Shown here: one piece after another, positions 37,299 to 44,569 of the stretch
Layout: each line of letters opens with the position of its first letter
Numbering within the stretch: position 1 is the stretch's first letter
NCBI GenBank assembly: GCA_944360025.1
Contig: CALVTF010000001.1
Span: 1 to 52,725, forward strand
Length of the DNA stretch: 52,725 nt
DNA from: an uncultured Clostridia bacterium
Lineage (GTDB): Bacteria; Bacillota; Clostridia; Christensenellales; UBA1242
Reading direction: 5' to 3'
Made by a program: the position numbers and the translations under genes
The notes under the pieces: generated by a model
Told to the model about the DNA's origin: nothing
The model's database searches: none
What the model saw: only the letters and a program-made list of their open reading frames with translations

Positions 37299-37796
37299 AT
37301 GTCCTTAAAAGGTAAAAAATATATGAGGAAATTTGAACTTGTAAAAAAAGAATTTATGAAATATGGTGTTGACCCAAAATTGCTTAAAAAACCGTATAGG
37401 GCGACAAAGCATGCCGTTGCTTATGATTGCTTCTCGCCTATTGATATTACAATTGCTCCGGAATCAACCGAACTTGTGTTTACAAACTTTAAGGCATATT
37501 GTAACACCGATGAAGGTTTTATTTTGGCTTCGACAAGTGGACTTGGGAAAAAAGGAATAATTCTTGCCAATGGCATAGGGATTATTGAAAGTGATTATGC
37601 TGATAATGAAACTAATGATGGCAATATAGGATTTTTACTACATAATCTCAACAAAACACCATATGAAGTCAAAGCGGGAGACAAAATTGGTCAAATTTTC
37701 TTCTTTAAATTCTTGACAGTAGATGACGATGCCGAGACTAATGCAGGTGTAATACGAAAAGGCGGCTTCGGCTCAACTGATTCTAACAAAAAGTAA
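37299..37796 (+). CDS. dut: dUTP diphosphatase (trimeric dUTPase family, YncF/YosS-like)
   Basis: Motifs AYD (HAVAYDCF), GIIESDY (GxID.DY), KIGQIFF (R-I/V-AQ-like) and C-terminal RKGGFGSTD. The start could instead be the ATG at 37323 (MRKFEL). Confidence 0.8.
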   Translation: MSLKGKKYMRKFELVKKEFMKYGVDPKLLKKPYRATKHAVAYDCFSPIDITIAPESTELVFTNFKAYCNTDEGFILASTSGLGKKGIILANGIGIIESDYADNETNDGNIGFLLHNLNKTPYEVKAGDKIGQIFFFKFLTVDDDAETNAGVIRKGGFGSTDSNKK

Positions 37797-37802
37797 TATA
37801 AT

Positions 37803-37835
37803 GAGTGTCTAAGAATAGGCACTCTTTTATTTTTG
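37803..37835 (+). terminator. intrinsic terminator after dut
   Basis: Stem GAGTGTC (37803-37809) / GGCACTC (37818-37824, one G:U pair) followed by TTTTATTTTT. Confidence 0.65.
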
Positions 37836-37944
37836 ATACTTATTTAAAGAAATAATAAAAAATTTGTAAAATTATGTTAATTGCTTGACAGGTAGCATAT
37901 TTTTATGATTTAATATATTTATTATTAAAAGTTTGGAGGATATT

Positions 37945-38517
37945 ATGAAAAGAAATCTAAGTTTCGCAGGTACAATTTTAAGTACTATAGCAAATGGAAT
38001 TTTGGTGATTATTTCCGTTGTTTCTTTAATTATGGTATTTGGAATAATTGCAGGTATTTCTGGTCAAACAGGCCTTGCTCAAGCAGAATTGATGATTGCA
38101 ATAATTTCTATTGGCGTATCACTTTTAATGCTAGCACTTGTTTTGGCTGCGTTTATTTTGTCTTGTAAAATGTTTAAGTATATTAATGCTCCACATGAAG
38201 AATATGCAAAAAAGAAAAGTAGTATTATTGCAGTTATTGTTTTGAACTTTTTAGTCATGGTTCTTTGCATTCTGAGTATGGATCCTTCTTCTGTTGGAAC
38301 ATTTATCTTTTACTTAATTTGTATGCTTGTTCTTATTGCTTCCAATATTCTTTTTATCATTGATCTTGCTCAAGAAAATAAGAAGATGAAAAAGATGACT
38401 GTAAGAAATGTTGAAGAAAATGCAACTGCGGTTGTAAGCGATGCAATTAAAAACAAAGAGACTGAAAAGCAGGATTCTGAAAGTCAAAAAGAAACCGAAA
38501 CACCAAAAAACGAATAA
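37945..38517 (+). CDS. integral membrane protein (about 4 TM) with acidic/K-rich C-terminal tail
   Basis: ATG 37945 follows GGAGGA (37935-37940); the TTG 37933 in the ORF track overlaps the RBS. Four hydrophobic helices. Confidence 0.6.
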   Translation: MKRNLSFAGTILSTIANGILVIISVVSLIMVFGIIAGISGQTGLAQAELMIAIISIGVSLLMLALVLAAFILSCKMFKYINAPHEEYAKKKSSIIAVIVLNFLVMVLCILSMDPSSVGTFIFYLICMLVLIASNILFIIDLAQENKKMKKMTVRNVEENATAVVSDAIKNKETEKQDSESQKETETPKNE

Positions 38518-38527
38518 ATTAAAAGAT

Positions 38528-38556
38528 AAACTAAGAGAAATCTTAGTTTTTTTCTT
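38528..38556 (+). terminator. intrinsic terminator
   Basis: Stem AAACTAAGA (38528-38536) / TCTTAGTTT (38541-38549), a GAAA loop, then a T-run. Confidence 0.7.
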
Positions 38557-38641
38557 TTTATAAAATATTTTTGAAAAAATGGTTTACTTTTTCTTTATTT
38601 TATAGTAGAATAAATATGTAAATTAGTTTGGAGGGATTTTT

Positions 38642-39028
38642 ATGAACGTTAAGAAAAAATTTGGAGATAATGCTAATTTAGTTTGGAAAGATAGAAAAAG
38701 ATATTTAGGTATGCCTATATCTTTTACTAGATATTATCTTATTAAAAATGGCGACGTTTGGTTTAAAACCTTTAGAGACGTTGGACTTTTCTCTACTCAT
38801 ATTGAAGAAGTAAATTTATATCGTATGTATGATATTTCTCTCTACCAATCTTTTTGGGACAAGATTTTTGGAACGGGAACAGTAGTTTTATATAGTAATG
38901 ATGAGCGTTCCCCAGAACTTGTTTTAAAGAGTATTGCAAAACCTTTCCAAGTTAGAGATATGTTTTCCCAACTTATTGAAGAACAAAGAAAAGCAAATGG
39001 CGTTCATGTTGCAGAAATTCAAGGATAA
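38642..39028 (+). CDS. bacterial PH-domain (bPH_2 / YdbS-YdbT-like) protein
   Basis: 128 aa. The pattern RYYLIKNGDVWFKTFRDVGLFSTHIEEVNLYRMYDISLYQSFWDKIFGTGTVVLYS resembles the bPH_2 fold signature. GGAGGG RBS. Confidence 0.55.
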   Translation: MNVKKKFGDNANLVWKDRKRYLGMPISFTRYYLIKNGDVWFKTFRDVGLFSTHIEEVNLYRMYDISLYQSFWDKIFGTGTVVLYSNDERSPELVLKSIAKPFQVRDMFSQLIEEQRKANGVHVAEIQG

Positions 39029-39050
39029 CAGGCATTGCCTGTTATTTTTT
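39027..39050 (+). terminator. intrinsic terminator overlapping the stop codon (near-twin of 34236..34256)
   Basis: TAACAGGC ATT GCCTGTT followed by ATTTTTT. The stem begins inside the TAA stop (39026-39028). Confidence 0.7.
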
Positions 39051-39100
39051 ATATTTTGTGTTCAAAATATGCATAAATAATTATATCCTATTTAGAATAT

Positions 39101-39135
39101 AAAAAGAAAATATACCACATTTGGTGGTATATTTT
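39101..39135 (-). terminator. terminator downstream of tRNA-Ala
   Basis: 12-bp stem AAAATATACCAC (39107-39118) / GTGGTATATTTT (39124-39135) with a 5-nt loop, followed on the minus strand by CTTTTT. Confidence 0.6.
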
Positions 39136-39140
39136 ATATT

Positions 39141-39217
39141 TGGTGGAGATGATCGGATTCGAACCGATGACCCTCTGCTTGCAAGGCAGATGCTCTAGCC
39201 AACTGAGCCACACCCCC
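39141..39217 (-). tRNA. tRNA-Ala (anticodon UGC), CCA encoded
   Basis: Reverse complement is GGGGGTGTGGCTCAGTTGGCTAGAGCATCTGCCTTGCAAGCAGAGGGTCATCGGTTCGAATCCGATCATCTCCACCA. It folds as a cloverleaf with anticodon loop CTTGCAA (TGC), the G3:U70 alanine identity pair, and T-loop GGTTCGAATCC. Confidence 0.95.
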
Positions 39218-39376
39218 ATATTGCTTAAATATATTAACATATTAATTTGCTTTTGTCAAGAAATAATTGAAAATAATTTAAATTTTTATAACGACGGGTA
39301 AATAAATTTTGTAAATAAAAAGGCATCCTTTATGAATGCCCTTTTATAAATTCTTTTCATATTAGAATTATTTCAA

Positions 39377-39577
39377 TTATTTGCAGAAATTGTTGCATCC
39401 GCAGTTAGAGAGTAATAAGAGTAATAAGATTGTTCCACAGTCAACATTGATTCCTTTCATACCGCAACCGCCACAGCAGTTTAAAAGTATGATTAAGAAA
39501 ATGAGTGAGCAGCAATCATTACCGCAGCCGCAATCTCTACCTACGTCACCACAACCTGAGCCTCCAAAAAAGTTCAT
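39377..39577 (-). CDS. 66-aa Cys/Gly-rich hydrophobic peptide, unknown function
   Basis: AGGAGG lies 5 nt upstream of the ATG (reverse complement of 39578-39588). A weak bidirectional hairpin (GGCAT/ATGCC, 39322-39340) flanked by A/T runs lies downstream. 12 Cys in 66 aa, with two Leu/Ile stretches flanked by CG/CC clusters. Confidence 0.7.
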   Translation of the reverse strand: MNFFGGSGCGDVGRDCGCGNDCCSLIFLIILLNCCGGCGMKGINVDCGTILLLLLLSNCGCNNFCK

Positions 39578-39840
39578 TTGTGCCTCCTAAATTTCTTCTT
39601 ATGTATTTACGACTTTTACTTTGTGCTTTCACACATTATCATTCTATTAAGTTTTTCAAAAAATGTGAAAAATTCTTATTTTTGTTATTTTCTTGTTTAA
39701 ATTCTTTTCTTTTGCCTTAAAGTTATGTTAAAATAAAAAGGAAACTAAAATTTTTAGACTTTACACATAGTTTAAAAAAAATTGAACAAACTATTTTTAG
39801 TTAACAAGGAAATCTTGTTGAAAAATAATAGGAGGGGAAA

Positions 39841-40422
39841 ATGGAAAAAAATTTATCATTAAAAAGAGCCTTGACAATTTTTGCTTGTATAGCAATGGTT
39901 TTGGTTGCTGGTTTTACACTTGCTGCCTGCGGAGAAACACAAACAAATGATTATATCACACCGGGAACTAACGCATCATTTTCAGGCTCGCCAGACGTTA
40001 AATACAATAATGCTTCAGATTTTACTCTTGTATACAAAGGAAACAATCACTATGAAGCAACAGGTTCGCTTGCCACAATGGATGCTACACAAGCGACAAC
40101 TTGGGGTGGTGTTCAAGAAGGAGCAAAATATTGTGTTTTAAATGTTAAGACAGGAAAAGATGCAACAGGTTATATCGGTTGGAGGAGTGTGGAAGATAAA
40201 GACAAACCTTTTACCGAGGAAGAAGCAACTTCTGACGGTGTAAATGTAAAGAAGACGTCCGCCTCAAACGAGACAAAGAACTATATACTTGCTCTTACTG
40301 ATGGTGTGAATGAAAGATATCCAGATAAACCTATTTGGAGAATACAAATCACTCCAAAAGACTCTACAGAAGAAATCACATACACTATTGATTTTTCTAA
40401 CCTTTTAGGGGAAAACGCTTAA
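39841..40422 (+). CDS. lipoprotein, unknown function
   Basis: Signal peptide with lipobox LAAC (FTLAAC|GETQ). AGGAGGGG RBS. 193 aa. Confidence 0.8.
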   Translation: MEKNLSLKRALTIFACIAMVLVAGFTLAACGETQTNDYITPGTNASFSGSPDVKYNNASDFTLVYKGNNHYEATGSLATMDATQATTWGGVQEGAKYCVLNVKTGKDATGYIGWRSVEDKDKPFTEEEATSDGVNVKKTSASNETKNYILALTDGVNERYPDKPIWRIQITPKDSTEEITYTIDFSNLLGENA

Positions 40423-40552
40423 CAAAATTTAAGGAGATAAAGCCATACAGATTGTGTGGTTTTATTTTTGCAATTCTTGCTTTATATTTTTTATATGATT
40501 TATGAAAAATTAATAAAAATTGAGAGAAAATATAACTTTCCTTTTTGTTTAC

Positions 40553-40582
40553 TTGCTTTTTGAAAGTTTTATTTGCTATAAT
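40553..40582 (+). promoter_or_regulatory. promoter of the 7-gene ESCRT-like operon (extended -10)
   Basis: TGcTATAAT at 40574-40582, with a weak -35 TTGCTT at 40553-40558 (18-nt spacer). Lies 33 nt upstream of the GTG start. Confidence 0.55.
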
Positions 40583-40614
40583 TTATTTGAAGTATAGTCT
40601 TTTAAGGAGGAAAG

Positions 40615-41433
40615 GTGGAAGAGGTAATCAAATTTTCTGGCACGAATGAAAAACTTTTTACTCGCAACATAGTTGAAAATGTGACTGAAAAAACAACTCT
40701 AATTGTTCCAGAAACACATAATGCCATTTTGATTTCTGATGGCGAAATGCTTCAAACTCTTCCAAAAGGAAGATACCTTCTTCGCGATTTGGTAGAAATA
40801 AAAAAAGACCAAAAACTTTCGCTTGAAGTTATTTTTGTGAGCAAGACGGCAAAACTTAAACTTCTTTGGGGTACGCCTAACAAAATCACACTTGAGGACC
40901 CTATTTTAAATGAAACCTATAAAATGGGGATGAGTGGAGATTTTGAAGTTCAAGTAGGGGATCCAAGAAAATGTTTTCTATATCTTGTAGGAGCAGAGGA
41001 TGTTTTGACAGCAGATGCTCTTCAAGACCGCCTTATGAGTAAAGTTGTTTCAATTGTGGAAACAGAAGTAGCAAAATTTGTGGCTGAAAAAAAAGTGCTT
41101 TACTCAAATGTTTATCAATATAAGCAAGAAATTGCCCGAAGAATTGTTCCTATTCTCACTTCATCTTTTTCGTCTAGTTATGGAATAACGGTTTATTCTT
41201 TAAATTTTGCAAATATTATCTTTGATGAGGATGATTTAGAACGGCTCAATTCTAAAAATCGAGGAAGCGCCCAAAAAGCACTCTGTCCAAACTGCGGTAC
41301 GATGCTTGAAGAAAATGCGAAGTTTTGTTATAATTGCGGGACTAAAATTAGCGATAAGAAAATTTGTCCAAAGTGTAGGTCGGAAAATTCAGAAGAGGCC
41401 AAATTTTGCAGTATGTGCGGAACAAAGTTTTAA
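40615..41433 (+). CDS. SPFH/Band-7-like protein (YdjI / COG4260 type) with C-terminal double zinc ribbon
   Basis: GTG start after AAGGAGG (40604-40610). The N-terminal ~215 aa follow the YdjI-type pattern (LIVPETHNAILISDGEMLQTLPKGRYLL...; VIFVSKT...LLWGTPNKITLEDP...; FEVQVGDPRKFL-like). The C-terminus has CPNCG..x..FCYNCG and CPKCR..x..FCSMCG. Confidence 0.7.
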   Translation: MEEVIKFSGTNEKLFTRNIVENVTEKTTLIVPETHNAILISDGEMLQTLPKGRYLLRDLVEIKKDQKLSLEVIFVSKTAKLKLLWGTPNKITLEDPILNETYKMGMSGDFEVQVGDPRKCFLYLVGAEDVLTADALQDRLMSKVVSIVETEVAKFVAEKKVLYSNVYQYKQEIARRIVPILTSSFSSSYGITVYSLNFANIIFDEDDLERLNSKNRGSAQKALCPNCGTMLEENAKFCYNCGTKISDKKICPKCRSENSEEAKFCSMCGTKF

Positions 41434-41442
41434 GGAGGAATT

Positions 41443-41856
41443 ATGATTGTTGCATTTTATATTATTGTTTGTGTCGCAATTGTCGGAGTTTCAATATATT
41501 TTCTTGTCCGAGAAATTCGCTCTTCAAAAAAGGAAGGTGGAGAAGGGAAAGAAGGTCGGTCAGTTTTAACAAATAAACGTCAGATTGAACGTTCGGTGCA
41601 AAATATTGAAAGTATGATTGTGCTTGCTGATGGAAATGACACTTTGACGAATAAGTTGGTTGAACTTAAAGATGAAATACGTTTCTTAAATCCTTCAAAA
41701 AATCCAAAAGTAAAAGCAGTCGATGAGAAAATAGCAAACAAACTTGACGATATCAAAATTGAGATTTCCAAAGACAAAGACTCGGAGGCTATCTTTCGTA
41801 TGATAGAGGAAGTAGAAGGGTATTTGTCTCAACGTACAAAGGAAATAGACGCATAA
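41443..41856 (+). CDS. single-pass membrane protein with predicted helical soluble domain
   Basis: 137 aa with an N-terminal TM helix (IVAFYIIVCVAIVGVSIYFLV), then charged helical sequence. GGAGG RBS, 9 nt after the previous stop. Confidence 0.6.
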   Translation: MIVAFYIIVCVAIVGVSIYFLVREIRSSKKEGGEGKEGRSVLTNKRQIERSVQNIESMIVLADGNDTLTNKLVELKDEIRFLNPSKNPKVKAVDEKIANKLDDIKIEISKDKDSEAIFRMIEEVEGYLSQRTKEIDA

Positions 41857-42203
41857 TGAAAAGAGAACTAAAGGTAAGTGACGGAGTCGGTGAAAATGTT
41901 TTAAAGGAATTAAAACTAGGCTACATAAATTTGGCAGATGGTTTTTTTGACCTTGCACAAACAAACTTTGATTTGGTGATACTTGCAGATCCTAAATGTG
42001 CCGACGCGTTTTGGGGGTTAATGCTTGGCAAATGTCATATTCGCAATGAGGACGTATTGCTTACTAATGCCACCTTATATAAAAATGTGGTTTTCTTGAA
42101 AGAATATCAAAACGCTCTCATCTATGCCGACGATGACCAAAAAGCAATATACAACAATTTACTTTCCGAAATTATAAAGATTAATTCGGGCGAAGAATAT
42201 TAG
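41856..42203 (+). CDS. small TPR-like protein
   Basis: 115 aa. GFFDLAQTNFDLVILADPKCADAFWGLMLGK resembles a TPR unit. The same module recurs after the zinc ribbon of the 1253-aa protein (FQEAVKDFDKILALYPKSHEAYYGRLQAK). TAATG overlap with the upstream gene. Confidence 0.5.
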   Translation: MKRELKVSDGVGENVLKELKLGYINLADGFFDLAQTNFDLVILADPKCADAFWGLMLGKCHIRNEDVLLTNATLYKNVVFLKEYQNALIYADDDQKAIYNNLLSEIIKINSGEEY

Positions 42204-42211
42204 GAGGAGAT

Positions 42212-42823
42212 ATGTGGTGGCCTTTTAAAAGAAATAAATTTAAGAAAATTCAGCGTGAGGATTTGGTAAATTCTATTTGTGAACTTGAAAGACAAGAACG
42301 TACAATAGAGGCTGAAATCTTCCAAATGCAAAAAGAAATTGATGCCCTTTTAGATAAAGGCAAAAAAGAAAAAACAGAAGAACTTAAACTTTTTTATGCC
42401 AAAAAGATTAATCATTTAAAAGAGCAAAAATCAAGCACAATGCAAAAAGGTATGTATCTTTTATATAATATTCGCCTAATGAACAAACTTAAAGATGCGT
42501 ATGACAGTAATGCGTTTTATAAAACTAAAACAAAAGTTCCTCTTTCAGAACTACTTGCCGATCAAAAAGGTTTAGCAAAGTTTTTAAATAAAGCATTAGA
42601 AACTCGAATTGCTTCTGAGGACGTCTTAACAAGTGCTGACGATTTGTTCACAGAAATACAAGGTGCATATGATACCAATGAATCCATTTATGGAATGAAG
42701 AAAGACGATGAAGAACTTTTAACTTCCTTTGAAAAGGAACAACAAATTTTGGACGAGCAATCTCTTTACGAAGAGTCGCAAGTAAATAAAACAAAAAAGA
42801 AAAAAATGAAAATGGAGGAATAA
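42212..42823 (+). CDS. ESCRT-III (Snf7/CHMP)-like protein, paralog A
   Basis: 203 aa. Basic N-terminus MWWPFKRNKFKK, a long predicted helical hairpin (ELERQERTIEAEIFQMQKEIDALLDKGKKEKTEELKLFYAKKINHLKEQ...), and an acidic C-terminal half. AGGAGGAG RBS. Confidence 0.6.
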   Translation: MWWPFKRNKFKKIQREDLVNSICELERQERTIEAEIFQMQKEIDALLDKGKKEKTEELKLFYAKKINHLKEQKSSTMQKGMYLLYNIRLMNKLKDAYDSNAFYKTKTKVPLSELLADQKGLAKFLNKALETRIASEDVLTSADDLFTEIQGAYDTNESIYGMKKDDEELLTSFEKEQQILDEQSLYEESQVNKTKKKKMKMEE

Positions 42824-42826
42824 AAA

Positions 42827-43423
42827 ATGGCTTGGTTTAAAAGTAAAAAACAAAAAGAAATCGAACAAAAAATGCTGGTTAAAAGGACGATAAATTCCAT
42901 GGAAAAACAAATTGCTCGTCTTGACGAACAAAAGAAAGTTTTTGTGGAAGCGGCAAAGAAAGCGAAAGAAAAAGATTTGGAACCTCAATTTAATTTGGCA
43001 CTTTCTGGTTATCGAATGACAGTTCAGCAACAAAAAAGAGCCCAAGAAATGCTCTTAAATTTTGAGATAACCGCTCAAATGCGTGACGTGACCATGATGA
43101 CAACAGAATTTTTGCGTAGTATGAGTTCTATTTCTAAAGAAATGAGTAAACTTGCAGACGCTAAAGAATTTGAAAAAATCCAGGCTCAATTTGAAGAAGC
43201 AATCACAGCAGTAGAAACTCAAACGGACCAAATGGATGCTTTTATGGAAATGAGTCAAGAGTCATTTAGTCAAGCCGGCAAAGCAAAAGATGGCAAAGAC
43301 ATTTCTAACGAGGACTTTGAAAAATATATTATGGAACAAGCAGCAAATGATGAAGCATCAAGCGAAGATATAGACAAGGAAATTGAAAAACTTAGAAAGA
43401 AAATAGAGGAAGAAGCAAAATAA
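42827..43423 (+). CDS. ESCRT-III (Snf7/CHMP2-like) protein, paralog B, with MIM1-like C-terminal helix
   Basis: 198 aa. MAWFKSKKQKEIEQKMLVKRTINSMEKQIARLDEQKKVFVEAAKKAKEKD...RMTVQQQKRAQEMLLNFEITAQMRDVTMMTTEFLRSMSSISKEMSKL...FEKIQAQFEEAITAVETQTDQMDAFME aligns helix-by-helix with my memory of CHMP2A/Vps2. The C-terminus is acidic and ends EDIDKEIEKLRKKIEEEAK. Confidence 0.72.
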   Translation: MAWFKSKKQKEIEQKMLVKRTINSMEKQIARLDEQKKVFVEAAKKAKEKDLEPQFNLALSGYRMTVQQQKRAQEMLLNFEITAQMRDVTMMTTEFLRSMSSISKEMSKLADAKEFEKIQAQFEEAITAVETQTDQMDAFMEMSQESFSQAGKAKDGKDISNEDFEKYIMEQAANDEASSEDIDKEIEKLRKKIEEEAK

Positions 43424-43441
43424 TTTTTCTACGGAGATAAT

Positions 43442-44569
43442 ATGGAAGATATTGAACTTCTAAACAATACCTTTGACCTTTATATGAAAAAGGGGAAGGA
43501 GGCAAAAGAAAAAGGAAATTACGCTCTTGCAAAGCGTAATTTTATGCTTGCTGGCGAGACTATGATGAAGATTGCAAAAGTAAGTCAAGGCAAGTTAAAA
43601 GAAGTAAGACTTAATCGGGCGAAGCGAATTGTCGAACTGTCAGAGCGTATAGGTCTAGAAAAAGAAAAGAAAAAAGAGGAAAAAGGTGAAGATGAAGAGG
43701 ATGAGGTAAAAAAATGGCAACAAGCACAGATTCCTAACATTCATTTTTCGGATGTAGCCGGGCTAGATGACGTTAAAAAAGCAATCAAGATTCGAATGAT
43801 TAATCCAATTCTTTACCCTGATAAGTATAAACTTTACAACAAAAAAACAGGCGGAGGAGTGCTTTTGTATGGACCTCCGGGAACAGGAAAAACCATGATT
43901 GCAAAGGCTATTGCTTGCGAAGTTGGAGCCAAATTTTATGCTGTGAAAGGCTCAGATATTGTTTCCAAATGGGTGGGCGAAAGCGAGCAAAATATCAATT
44001 CTCTTTTTGAAGAAGCAAATAAGCAAGACCGTTCCATTATTTTTATTGATGAAATGGACAGTCTTTTAGGAAAACGTGGACAAGATATTCATAATGACAA
44101 ACGTGTCAATGAATTTTTACAACAAATTGATGGCTTTGCTGGTCGAAACCCTAACCTTTTACTGTTGGGTGCAACCAATAGACCTTGGGATATAGATTCG
44201 GCCGCCACTCGTTCAGGTCGTTTTTCACAAAAGATATACATACCACTTCCTGATGAGAAGGCAAGAAAGTTTATGTTAGAAAAAAATATGAAAAATGTGC
44301 CGGTTTCTAAAAATTTTGATATTGACAAGATTGTAAAACAAACAGAACTTTATAGCGGGGCGGACATAGAAGAACTTTGCGACCGTGCAAAAGACGAGCC
44401 TCTTCTTAAAGCGATTGAAACTGATAGTGTCATAGAGGTAACCAATAAAGATTTTGACAATATCTTAAAAATTTTCCCGCCAAGTGTAACAGAAAGCGAA
44501 CTTAAAAAATTTGCAGATTATAACAATGAAATTGATAGTTTGATTAAAAATAGAAGAAAGAAAAAGTAG
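43442..44569 (+). CDS. Vps4-like AAA ATPase (meiotic clade) with N-terminal MIT-like domain
   Basis: N-terminal ~75 aa form a three-helix MIT-like region (KGKEAKEKGNYALAKRNFMLAGETMMKIAK...RAKRIVELSERI), followed by an acidic linker. Walker A GPPGTGKT (43871-43894), pore loop SKWVGESE, Walker B IIFIDEMD. ATNRPWDIDSAATRSGRFSQKIYIPLPDEKAR compares with Vps4 [25 protein letters not shown]. Confidence 0.82.
   Translation: MEDIELLNNTFDLYMKKGKEAKEKGNYALAKRNFMLAGETMMKIAKVSQGKLKEVRLNRAKRIVELSERIGLEKEKKKEEKGEDEEDEVKKWQQAQIPNIHFSDVAGLDDVKKAIKIRMINPILYPDKYKLYNKKTGGGVLLYGPPGTGKTMIAKAIACEVGAKFYAVKGSDIVSKWVGESEQNINSLFEEANKQDRSIIFIDEMDSLLGKRGQDIHNDKRVNEFLQQIDGFAGRNPNLLLLGATNRPWDIDSAATRSGRFSQKIYIPLPDEKARKFMLEKNMKNVPVSKNFDIDKIVKQTELYSGADIEELCDRAKDEPLLKAIETDSVIEVTNKDFDNILKIFPPSVTESELKKFADYNNEIDSLIKNRRKKK

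Noticed and set aside
29424-39217. Calling the whole cls-to-tRNA-Ala interval a prophage or integrative conjugative element
   Set aside because: The window has no integrase, recombinase, relaxase, capsid, terminase or other T4SS genes, and no tRNA-derived direct repeat. nrdDG and dut can equally be core genes. Only the T4CP block looks accessory, and it is reported separately.
39381-39590. 69-aa P/Q-rich ORF on the plus strand (MQKLLHPQLESNKSNK...PQPPQQF...)
   Set aside because: It is the mirror image of the Cys-rich minus-strand gene, because GCA/GCC/GCG codons on one strand read as Cys-rich TGC/GGC/CGC on the other. It has no Shine-Dalgarno. The minus-strand ORF has AGGAGG plus a downstream hairpin, so I treat the plus-strand ORF as a shadow ORF.
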